The notes beneath the pieces were generated by a model. That model had not been told where the DNA came from. It worked only from the letters and a program-made list of their open reading frames with translations, and did not search any database. Positions 1 through 10,455 of a stretch of 64,000 nt of DNA are shown here, one piece after another. The stretch is from Tubiluchus corallicola (taxonomy: Eukaryota; Animalia; Priapulida): the NCBI GenBank assembly GCA_030141605.1, contig JAQGDQ010000521.1, positions 1-64,000 on the forward strand, read 5' to 3'. A program made the translations under genes and the position numbers. Each line of letters opens with the position of its first letter. Within the stretch, counting starts at the first letter, position 1.

Positions 1-870
1 ATCGGTTTCTAGGAAAGCAAAAAAAGCGGTATCGGTTTCTAGGAAAGCAAAAAAGCAGTATCAGTTTCTAGGAAAGCAAAAAAATCGGTGTCGGTTTCTA
101 GGAAAGTAAAAAATCGGTATCGGTTTCTAGGAAAGCAAAAAAAAGTGGTATCGGTTTCTAGGAAAGCAAAAAAATCGGTATCGGTTTCTAGGAAAGGAAA
201 AAAATCGGTATCGGTTTTTAGGAAAGCAAAAAAGCGGCATCGGTTTCTAGGAAAGCAAAAAAAAGCGGCATCGGTTTCTAGGAAAGCAAAAAAATCAGTA
301 TCGGTTTCTAGGAAAGCAAAAAAAGCGGTATCGGTTTCTAGGAAAGCAAAAAAATCGGTGTCGGTTTCTAGGAAAGTAAAAAATCGGTATCGGTTTCTAG
401 GAAAGCAAAAAAAATCGGTATCGGTTTCTAGGAAAGCAAAAAAAGTGGTATCGGTTTCTAGGAAAGCAAAAAAATCGGTATCGGTTTCTAGGAAAGGAAA
501 AAAATCGGTATCGGTTTTTAGGAAAGCAAAAAAGCGGCATCGGTTTCTAGGAAAGCAAAAAAAGCGGCATCGGTTTCTAGGAAAGCAAAAAAATCGGTAT
601 CGGTTTCTAGGAAAGCAAAAAAAGCGGTATCGGTTTCTAGGAAAGCAAAAAAATCGGTGTCGGTTTCTAGGAAAGTAAAAAATCGGTATCGGTTTCTAGG
701 AAAGCAAAAAAAAGTGGTATCGGTTTCTAGGAAAGCAAAAAAAGCGGTATCGGTTTCTAGGAAAGCAAAAAATCGGTATCGGTTTCTAGGAAAGCAAAAA
801 ATCGGTATCGGTTTCTAGGAAAGCAAAAAATCTGTATCGGTTTCTAGGAAAGCAAAAAATCGGTATCGGT
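1..870. repeat. ~30-bp minisatellite (ATCGGTTTCTAGGAAAGCAAAAAAA[T/G]CGGT)n, ~29 copies, runs off the window start
   Basis: Tandem units of 29-31 bp read directly. The same variants recur at 181-240 and 481-540, suggesting a ~300-bp higher-order period. Confidence 0.97.
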
Positions 871-1222
871 TCGGATCGTTTTTTGGGTTCGGAACAACAC
901 TGGCGTCGGTTACACACATTTCAAAACAAACTGCGAAGGTTTCCCATTGTGTAATTACTTGATAATGTAATAATACAAGAAGCTATTCGAGCTTCCAGCA
1001 TTAGCAGCAAGAACGTTTAGACGTAAAGACAGGTAAACAACTCCAGTTTTGAAAGATATTTCCAGAACACAAATGTTAATAATTTGCATTTATAGCTGAT
1101 CTAAACAATAATCGATGATCAGCTAATCGGTATCGGTTTTCAAAAATGCGTGATCAGTATCGGTTTCGAGGACAATAAAAAATCGGTATCTGTTCGTTTT
1201 TTTCTGGTTCGGAACAACGCTG
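860..1222. mobile_element. Two same-orientation DNA-transposon ends (hAT-like), ending at 902 and 1222
   Basis: ...GGTTCGGAACAACACTG (to 902) and ...GGTTCGGAACAACGCTG (to 1222), each preceded by ATCGGTATCGG subterminal motifs. The reverse complement starts CAGTG/CAGCG, as many hAT TIRs do. The superfamily is inferred. Confidence 0.55.
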
Positions 1223-1920
1223 ACTAGCATTTGTTTAGCAATATGGGTATATATGGTGTTGATACTTCGATAGAGTCTTTGAATATTTTGAGTAGGATAT
1301 CAGATGGTCGAGTAGCCTGGTTTTTATATTCTGTCTTATCATTCATTTTTAAACCAAAATAGTTAAACCAAAATGCTGCATTTATATTTGTTATGTCTTT
1401 TTCTAGATTATTTTTTGATGTTAGAAAGTCTGTGTGTGCTGTATAGATAGTTGTATCATCGGCATATTATGTAAAACTAAATGAATTTTATTAACGTATA
1501 AGCAAAAGAGTAAAGGACCTAATATCATACCTTGCGGGATGCCTCTCTGTGGTGTGTCCCATGTTGAAAAAGTGTGTTTGTTCAGGTAGTGTAGGTAATT
1601 ATTAATTAGTTTAAGAGAGAGCGCTTAGTTAGTATTTTGTCACTAGTTGTGAAAGAGGTCGACATGGAGAATGGATTTTTTAAGACATCGCGTATTTTAG
1701 AGTCACGGTTGGTTAGTAATGCATCAAACTTACCCTGGTTAACGAATGTGTTATTTAACGTGTTCGCAATTTTTGTGTGACTGTTTAAGCCTGTGTTGTT
1801 TGTTTTTGTACATTCAATTTACGTTTGGCTTAATTGCATCTTTTAGCAACTTGATTGATTAGTCGCCATTTTTCTTTAGATGATTTTGCTTTGTGCTAGA
1901 GTTATAAGTTTGTGTAATTT
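1223..1920 (-). mobile_element. Degenerate non-LTR retrotransposon (LINE) ORF2 / reverse transcriptase fragment
   Basis: Minus strand 1550-1440 translates RGIPQGMILGPLLFCLYVN...YADDTTIY, matching the RT motifs PQG and YADD. Further upstream: KSSKEKWRLINQV and KIANTLNNTF. Frameshifts and deletions are present. Confidence 0.85.
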
Positions 1921-2158
1921 ATAACTGTGCTGCAGTTATACAAAAATTAGAGATTAAACAATTACTGTACTTAATTGCGTCTGTTAACTGTTAGGTATAA
2001 ATAAGTTATTAAATATCGCTTTATCACAGCGGTTTAGCAGCATTATGCATAATTATAATTTACAAACAGTTTGTACTGAACCTAATACCTGTAGTTTTAT
2101 TGTTCATAGAATAATACTAATATTACTACATATTAGAATATTACTATTATTATTGCAG

Positions 2159-2253
2159 GTGTAGCTTGTGTTGGATATACGACGTTTCCTTTTTATATTC
2201 ATTCGGAAAAAGATGGTAACACTGAATTAGTGGTGGAATGCGACCCAGACTGA
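2159..2253 (+). CDS. AGA: Terminal exon of an upstream aspartylglucosaminidase paralogue (AGA copy 1; remaining exons presumably lie left of the window)
   Basis: ttgcag acceptor, then (G)VACVGYTTFPFYIHSEKDGNTELVVECDPD*. Same 95-nt length and phase as 24144-24238 and nearly identical to it. The flanking intron end and 3' region also align. Confidence 0.85.
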
Positions 2254-2983
2254 TCATCTATTGTTTATGTTACTGCTGATTTAAATTACATTCAAAAATT
2301 ATGCCATCTATTCAGCAGCCAAAGATCAATGATTTTCACGGCATATAAGTAATTATGTGACTTTTGATCTGTAGCTCTGATAGCCAACTCACACTGACAC
2401 GGTTCATTAAAGGCGTTATAACAAATGCATTTTATGGTCTCCACAGATACATTTTTCTTAAAAATTAACGTAGCAGTTTAGGGTATTAACTGGGCATGTA
2501 GTAAAAGGTAAACATCACTAAACCTCAGAAAAAAAAACACAAAAATACTCAATTAGCAGTGTGGCATCCAGGTGAGATGATATTTTCGTCAAATTAGAGG
2601 TTTAAGTAAAACTTCAAGGTAAACCGCCTCGATGTGAAAGTGTTGACAATTATCAGTGATTAAGAAAATAATGTGAGTTCAGTCGACCGTTTTGCTGGAC
2701 AATGGTCAGGCGGGAGACGGGCCGCTAACACCAGTCTTAATCATTGTCTATAATGCTACTAATGCATTTAGCAGGGACAGGCCAAAGAATTTTTTTATTT
2801 TATTACGTGACGTACCTGTATTATGGTTTTATATCTGTTCGTTATTTAAACAAAAATGCAACCCACTGAATGTAAATGAACTTTCAAATAAAGATTATTA
2901 TTATTTTACTCATGTTCACTCGTAAGTATATTTATTTGCACAATGCTTAACTCTAAGTAGGCTGCTCAATCCTTTGTGATGCA

Positions 2984-3208
2984 GTTCTTTTTGTTATAGT
3001 TACACTTGTTTGTTAGGTGGTTCTTATCTAAGCGCAAACTAAGTAACTACTTGTGGCGTATTTTAAAACAAGTGTTTTGTGTGAATATCGTATGCGGTCC
3101 AGTACTTCTTATGTTATAGTTGCATTTGTTTGTTATGTGATTGTCATATAAGCACGGATTCGGTAACTACTTGTGGCGTATTAGAAAATACGTGTTTCAT
3201 ATGAATAT
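2984..3208. repeat. Two diverged direct copies of a ~105-bp unit, 120-bp period
   Basis: TGTTATAGTT...TTGTTTGTTA...GTAACTACTTGTGGCGTATT...GAATAT occurs twice, 120 bp apart. Confidence 0.8.
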
Positions 3209-3429
3209 GAAAATCTATACGCGTTGTCCGAGGAGAATGAGAATTTTTTAGCACAGGGCGTATCAAAATCTGGTGCCCTAAATTACAGGCTAATTAACCT
3301 GTTGATAAATGTGCCATTTCAGTGCCTGCATTAATTTTTGAAACAGTTGTTCCAAATTCAGTATTGCTTGACGAAAAGCACTTGTTTAGTAGCAAATTAT
3401 TTGTTCAAGTTCTAATGGCGAATTACTTT

Positions 3430-4291
3430 TTATATAGGTTTTACACGTCAAATGTAGACACAGGAAAGTTCAATTGTGACTTAGGTAAGTCTAATGTAGA
3501 CATAGGAATTTCGAATGTGTTTTGGTAACTCAAATGTGACTTAGGTAAGTCAAATGTAGACTTAGGAACCTCGAATGTGTTTTGGTAACTCAAATGTGAC
3601 TTAGGTAAGTCAAATGTAGACATAGATATTTCGAATGTTTTTTGGTAACTCAAATGTGACTTAGGTAAGTCAAATGTAGATGCGGTACTTTGAATAAATC
3701 GGTAATTAACTCATTAAAGTGCAAATTACAAAAAGATAAAACGAAATTAAAATTTTATTTTATGGTCATTGTGCTATCGGCAGCATCACTTCCCAAAGAA
3801 CAGTGAATCACTGATTACTTTTTTAAGCAATACATTAGCACTGCATTAATGAATTAGTTTCTCTCAAGAAACATTGTTTATTTTAAGAATGTATTGTTTT
3901 CTCTAACAGTTCCAATGGTATGTAAAGTTTACAGAATATTAGGGAACCTATAACGTTTTTATTTTAACTTAAGAGCAAATATTAAATTGAAATTAAAGAA
4001 GATTAAATTTAACATCCTTAAACTTTACCATCTAGTAAATATTAGTGAAATATTAATAGACCTATAAAGTTATTATTTTAACACCTATTCACATTTGAGA
4101 TACCAATGTCACATTTGACTTGACATGTGTCTACATTTGACTTACCAAAAACGCTTGAGATTTCTTGAAAACCATTGTTAACACATTTGAACTACCAAAG
4201 TCTACATTTGAGTTACCAAGACACATTTGAATTACGTAAATCTACATATGACTTAACGTAGGTCTACATTTGACATGTAAAACCTATATAA
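3430..4291. mobile_element. Foldback-type MITE with ~30-bp TIRs and an internal 60-bp tandem array (3467-3680)
   Basis: Left TTATATAGGTTTTACACGTCAAATGTAGAC pairs with right GTCTACATTTGACATGTAAAACCTATATAA. CAAATGTAGAC/CAAATGTGAC motifs repeat on the left and occur inverted at 4090-4270. Confidence 0.88.
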
Positions 4292-4671
4292 GATTATTAA
4301 GTAAGATTAATTAAGAAACAGGAATACTCCCGTAACGAATTGTAATGAACTTTTTAAAAATGTGAGTGTTGATTACTTCAGAAAAACTTCTGCTTATTTT
4401 TGAAACAAATTTAAAAAATGCAAGACATTCGTTATTTCAAGTTGAATACTTTATAATAAAAAATGTTCATAATTACTATTGACCAAAGAAACTTACATTT
4501 TAATAGGAACTTTCACACTAATGTCATCATATTGTTAAAATTTCTATGACGCAATTTCAAATTTAAACAATTTCATTGCCTTGGTAACTTGCCATGAAAT
4601 TTTTTGGAAGCTGTCATAAAAAACAAAGTAGGTTTGTGGCAGGAAATTCTCGTACATGCTTTCGTGAGCCT

Positions 4672-5762
4672 CGTGTATGTGTTGTGCTTACAAACTATGC
4701 GTGTACAGCAGATGCAAGCATGTATGTGTTGTGCTTACAAACTATGCATGTGCAGCAGACGCAAGCGTGCATGTGTTGTGCTTACAAACTATGCGTGTAC
4801 AGCAGACGCAAGCGTGCATGTGTTGTGCTTACAAACTATGCGTGTACAGCAGACGCAAGCGTGTATGTGTTGTGCTTACAAACTATGCGTGTACAGCAGA
4901 CGCAAGCGTGCATGTGTTGTGCTTACAAACTATGCGTGTACAGCAGACGCAAGCGTGCATGTGTTGTGCTTACAAAGTATGCGTGTACAGCAAACGCAAG
5001 CATGTATGTGTTGTGCTTACAAACTATGCGTGTACAGCAGACGCAAGCATGTATGTGTTGTGCTTACAAACTATGCATGTACAGCAGACGCAAGCGTGCG
5101 TGTGTTGTGCTTACAAACTATGTGTGTACAGCAGACGCAAGCATGCGTGTGTTGTGCTTACAAACTATGCGTGTACAGCAGGCGCACAAGCATGTGCGTG
5201 TTGTGCTTACAAACTATGCGTGTACAGCAGACACAAGCATGTGTGTGTTGTGCTTACAAACTATGCGTGTACAGCAGATGCAAGCATGTGTGTGTTGTGC
5301 TTACAAACTATGTGTGTACAGCAGACGCAAGCATGTATGTGTTGTGCTTACAAACTATGCGTGTACAGCAGACGCAAGGATGTATGTGTTGTGCTTACAA
5401 ACTATGCGTGTACAGCAGACGCAAGCGTGCATGTGTTGTGCTTACAAACTATACGTGTACAGCAGATGCAAGCATGCATGTGTTGTGCTTACAAACTCTA
5501 CGTGTACAGCAGATGCAAACGTGTATGTGTTGTGCTTACAAACTATGCGTGTACAGCAGACGCAAGCGTGCATGTGTTGTGCTTACAAACTATGCGTGTA
5601 CAGCAGATGCAAGCATGTATGTGTTGTGCTTACAAACTATACGTGTACAGCAGATGCAAGTGTGCATGTGTTGTGCTTACAAACTATGCGTGTACAGCAG
5701 ATGCAAGCGTGCATGCGTTGTGCTTACAAACTATGCGTGAACAGCAGATGCAAGCATGTATA
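4672..5762. repeat. 44-bp minisatellite, ~25 copies
   Basis: Unit TGTGTTGTGCTTACAAACTATGCGTGTACAGCAGACGCAAGC[AG]TG[CT]A. It has no + strand stop codon, which explains the three overlapping Cys-rich ORFs. Confidence 0.97.
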
Positions 5763-6062
5763 CTCTTGGGTTGGTTGTATGGCAGTTTTGGATTTTTTAC
5801 TTGCTGCAAGTAAACGATGAATTAAAGTCTTACTAATTTAGTTATTAAAGTTGCTAATTTACCTTTGTGCTTCTTTATCGTGTTGACTTCGTCTTGCTTT
5901 CCTGCACGTTTGTGTGGTTGCAGATTTGATTGACTGTAAGTAATCATTAGTAATTAATTGCCCTGGTAACTTGCCAGGCAGCTGTCATAAAAAGGAAATG
6001 AGGGTTTGTGGCAGGAAATTGTCTTATCGGTTAGACATGCTTTGCTGTGCTTACAATTACAA

Positions 6063-6172
6063 ACTATGCGGGTACTACTAGGAGCTACTTACTACTATGC
6101 GGGTGCTACTAGGAGCTACTTACTACTATGCGGGTGCTACTAGGAGCTACTTACTACTGTGCTGGTACTACT
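6063..6172. repeat. 29-bp tandem repeat, ~3.7 copies
   Basis: ACTATGCGGGT[AG]CTACTAGGAGCTACTTACT repeated in tandem. Confidence 0.9.
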
Positions 6173-6184
6173 AATTGGAATATA

Positions 6185-6428
6185 AGCTCTAACTTCATTG
6201 ACAGCGACTATAGTCAGATTACACTTGATTTGCTGATGAGAAAACTTCGAGAAATTTCTGAAAAAAATGTCTACTAAAGAAGATTTGGGTCTGATTGTTC
6301 AACGTGTCACCACATTGGAATGTCAGTTGGAAGCGTTGGAGAAGAAGACTGCTCGAATGCACGAATACGAACTTCACGAAAAGTCATTGGAAATCTTGCA
6401 GCCTGAGGTAATGTCTCTAGGTTACTAA
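6185..6428 (+). pseudogene. Frameshifted coiled-coil coding remnant, possibly the start of a LINE ORF1
   Basis: ITLDLLMRKLREISEK, then a frameshift in the A7 run, then MSTKEDLGLIVQRVTTLECQLEALEKKTARMHEYELHEKSLEILQPEVMSL. The pattern is heptad-like; the ORF1 identity is inference only. Confidence 0.4.
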
Positions 6429-8600
6429 AGCTTGAACGTTATTAATGTCAGTACAAACTAAATCTGCGTTTAGCAGAAATCCGGAATGCGTTGAGCGTAT
6501 CCAGCTGCGTGTAAATAACCGAAAAGGAATAGCTGTAGAAAAAATTGCGCTGCAACGCAGGGTTCATTGAAAACTACACAAACTGCAGAACGCGTATTGC
6601 TTTCTGGTCAGAATTTTACACATTCCGGATGTCTGACACAAACGCGTTTAGAAGTAGAACGAAGATGCGTTGAAAAAGATGCGTGATATTTTTATTGATA
6701 AATTGGGAATTTTTGCGCTAACTCTTGAAGAGTCAATCAAACTGCACATTGCTGACAATCTAGACGAAAGCATACACCTGCATCGTTAGATAGTTTAGCC
6801 TACAAATCAAACGTGTAATGATCGTGAAATTTGAGTAATCATTCAGCAAAGAAGACGGTATGTACCTGTGTGATGATTTAATAAACCAAGACAATGAGCG
6901 CAGGATGAAGCTGCGACCTATGATGAATGATGACTACAAGGATGGAAAAAAGTGTGCTTCTTTAATGGTAAGCTGTACAGTGATAACCGTGAATACACGG
7001 AGGGCAGTAGTCATAATCAACATCAGAATACTGACAGCGGCGACAACGAGGTGTCACGTGCCTGCTTTTATAGGAACTGTGGTTAAGGACTCCGTACACA
7101 GCTTCTCATTCTCATATACTGAATTTCTGACTGTAGAACATGCTGCTGGATAGTTCTGTTTTACTCTTTGCTATCTGCCGGGTATCAAATTTTTATTTTA
7201 AAATAGAGAGTATAAAAGAGTAGGCCTACAAGTTGAATCAAATCAAAATAAATAGTAGCGTTTTGATGGCTAGACTGCTCTTACCTTTGAATAGTTTTTG
7301 TGCTTGATTCAGCACCACTGAACGTTTCATAAATTATTTCTACAGCTATAAATTTCCGTTTTACTATGTACAAATTATGGCGTTTAAAGTTGAGTTTCAC
7401 TGAGCACATTTTAGGTACAACCAATTTAAGAGTGTACTTTGATTGCAGTCCTGATGGCTTCTTTTGCATTTATAATGTTTACTAGCCCCATTCTTGAATA
7501 ACAATCTAATTTAAATGGCTTCATTGAATAGTGTATAGTCTGGCTTCTTGTTAAATAAAGACATTCTGTTGCATTCTTACGTATCTTTATATGCAAAATG
7601 TTTCCTTTCTTCTTTTTAGTTTAGAACTAAGGCCGCAACAGCAAAGTGTTGTTGTATATGCTGCAAGCAATGTGTAAAATTTAGACATTTATAAAACTCA
7701 TATACTGGTCTACCTCTGCATTTCGGCAAAAGTGTGAAATAGATATTTTTGCATCGGCACTTTTACACTTTTCCTAGACGTTTCATAGAATAGCCAGGAT
7801 CTATACACAAAGCGATGAGTGGCTTTGGTATAAAATGAACATAACTCGTGGTATATCCAAATTTTTCTGGTTTTTTGTTATACAATACCTAGGCATTGCA
7901 TGGAATACGTAAGTGGAATTAGTAATGTCAGTGGATCAGGCGCTTCCTTTTTCTCAATTCACGTCTAGCATATTGACGTAGCACGCTGAGCGGCATTCAA
8001 GACATCAGCTCCCGAGTAACAACTCTCTTTAGTAAACAACATGCAACTATAATGTCTCATCAGCAGATAAACTAATTGTGCTTATTCATTCACAAAATTT
8101 GTAGGGCAGAAGTTATTTTTGTAAGAAATATCTTCACAATAAAAATGTAGCGACAAAATTTCAAAGAACTACAGAATGCATACAATGCCTAGTCGGGTCG
8201 TTGTTATTATTTATTCGTACTCAGACACACATGCACTAACAAAATTATGTATAAGAATTAGTCAAGAAATAATAATATAGGTTAAACAAATAGAATTAAT
8301 TAAAAAATATAAACATATTATAAAGGAACTAAGCCAGCTTAGCTTTAAGGCAAATGGGCAACAAAATACAATTTCTGAAGTCTGTTTTGCCTTTGAATAT
8401 GTGAACATGTCGAGATTTTGTCCTTGTTTCGTATTTTTTTCAGCTGTTTGTTAGGCTACGGAAATGGAATAAATTTGATCGTTCTGTTCCGTAGACGATT
8501 TTGCCCGAGTTACATAACTCATAAGTCCCAATGGCATCTTTTAACCATAATGATAATCAGAAAAATGGCATAAAATTGACTACATATATTAACTATTATA

Positions 8601-9371
8601 CTAGCAAAGGCCCCGCAAAAGATTTTGCGTAAAAAACCACGTGTAATCAATAATACGCGAACATCCTACTTACTCCTCATTTATAACACAAAGCCCGTAA
8701 CATCCTGCCTACTTACCTAACGCAAAACCTGTACTCGTGGCTACTGTATGTTTAACTAACGCAAAGCAGCTTTTTGCTGAATTAAAGTTATAAGCAATAA
8801 TGGATGACGTCAGCACAATGGAATGCGTTAGCACAGTTTTCTAAGCGAATTTTGTCGAAAATAGAACACCTAATTAACTCGTCGATACTCCTCTCGGTGG
8901 ACATGCCCTAAAATATAGCCCACATCATCGTGTAGCCCTGTGCTTCCTCTTTGTAAAGAGCTATATATTTCCTTCCGAGAGTCCCACCCGGCGACGCTAG
9001 AACGTTTTTTCCGCAGGCCATTTGATCAAAATTTCGAAAAAATCGTGAGTTGGGTCCGGGAAAACGCCCGTTACGGGACGCCGTGGCCCTCTCGGGAATT
9101 CTAAATATGCCTACTACACCCACCGCTGAACGGGCTATCTATCCATACCCAGCACCACCTTCGGCCCGTTCCCGGTCTCTACATCTCAGCCGTATAACTT
9201 TTGCAAAAAACGGCCGAAAATGACCATTTTTGGAGGGTTTTCGCCCCCCCCTCCTCCCGGTGGGCCCGATTCGAAAAATAAACCATCAATGGCACGACAC
9301 TAGATCGAGACCTTTTGTTTGATATATAGATCGCCACAAATGGTGCCCTCGTCCGGGCTGTAGCCTCGAAT

Positions 9372-9425
<54 letters not shown>

Positions 9426-9464
9426 TATAAATATACCAAGAATATTAATATAATAGTAGATAGA
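8601..9464 (-). mobile_element. Non-autonomous Helitron with internal (TA)n
   Basis: Minus strand begins A|TC at 9464 and ends CTAG|T at 8601. A hairpin CGCAAAA-GA-TTTTGCG at 8614-8629 sits ~10 nt from the 3' end. No TSD. A second partial copy lies at 34670. Confidence 0.85.
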
Positions 9465-10455
9465 TAACAGAAATTTTGACCACATTTGAATTAATTTGGA
9501 CCGATAAGACCTTATCGAGGTTTACGAAAAATTGACCAGGAAAGAAAACATTTTGCCTGAATGTGGATTTCTATGAGTGTACTGTTTTGCAGGTACAAAT
9601 GTTTTGGTCCATTACCCCTTCTCAAGGTAGTATATGCATTGGAAGCCACAATATATTAGACTGTAGTTCAACAAGCTAGACTACTTTTTCTACTCTGACA
9701 TTGTATAGGTGGAACTTGTTATGTACACACGTCTCTGTTTCGTTTAAAAATTGACATTATACTGCTACCTTTTACTGACATTCTGGCTTTTTCTCGACTC
9801 AATATTGGACCAACAATGTATGTATGCATTTTAGCTTTTTAGTGTAACGTAGTAATCTGTAGCACTTATTTTCTAGCACTTATTTCAGTAGTTTTGTAGA
9901 TGTAGTAATTGTAGACTACAGAAAATTTGTATTTTTGCAGAATAAACTAACATAGAAGATATGGGAACGCAACTTCGGTTTGAGCGTATACATTACATAC
10001 TGGTTACCCCACAATCCTGACAGTTGTCACGTATTCCCGTTGGATGAGTTCAACTATTGCTGACTATTCTCGTTCCCACAACCTGAGCAAACCTACTTAG
10101 CAATTGACATGTTTATTAGCTCAGACGATCGTTTTGACAGCAACTGTCATTTTCAATGCTACAGCTAAAGCCAGAACAATTAATTAGTACAATTATGACA
10201 CTACTAATCAAGGCACAGAATAAATTAAATCGTTAAACAATTACAGGAGTGAAATTTGAATTGTCAGAATACAGCTAGAGATAACTTAGAAAGAGGTTCC
10301 CTATTGCTGTATTAAGTGTCAGAAGAATAATACACGTTTTATACAATTTTGCAATTTCCACAACCACAAGAGGAAACACATTATGAGAAACCTAATATTC
10401 TCCTTAGTCTATCCATTTCCTCATGAAACAGTCGCCACGATCTACAATAGAATAT

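Noticed and set aside
88-678. 196-aa Lys/Arg-rich ORF resembling a histone H1 or protamine tail
   Set aside because: It is a translation of the 30-bp satellite, has a GTG start, switches frame with A-run length, and lies in an intron.
4594-5820. Three overlapping 378-408-aa Cys-rich ORFs (metallothionein- or keratin-associated-like)
   Set aside because: A stop-free 44-bp unit opens all three frames automatically. No unique domain or splice support.
7200-7920. Possible decayed retroelement (Penelope-like) coding sequence on the minus strand
   Set aside because: No diagnostic motif could be read with confidence.
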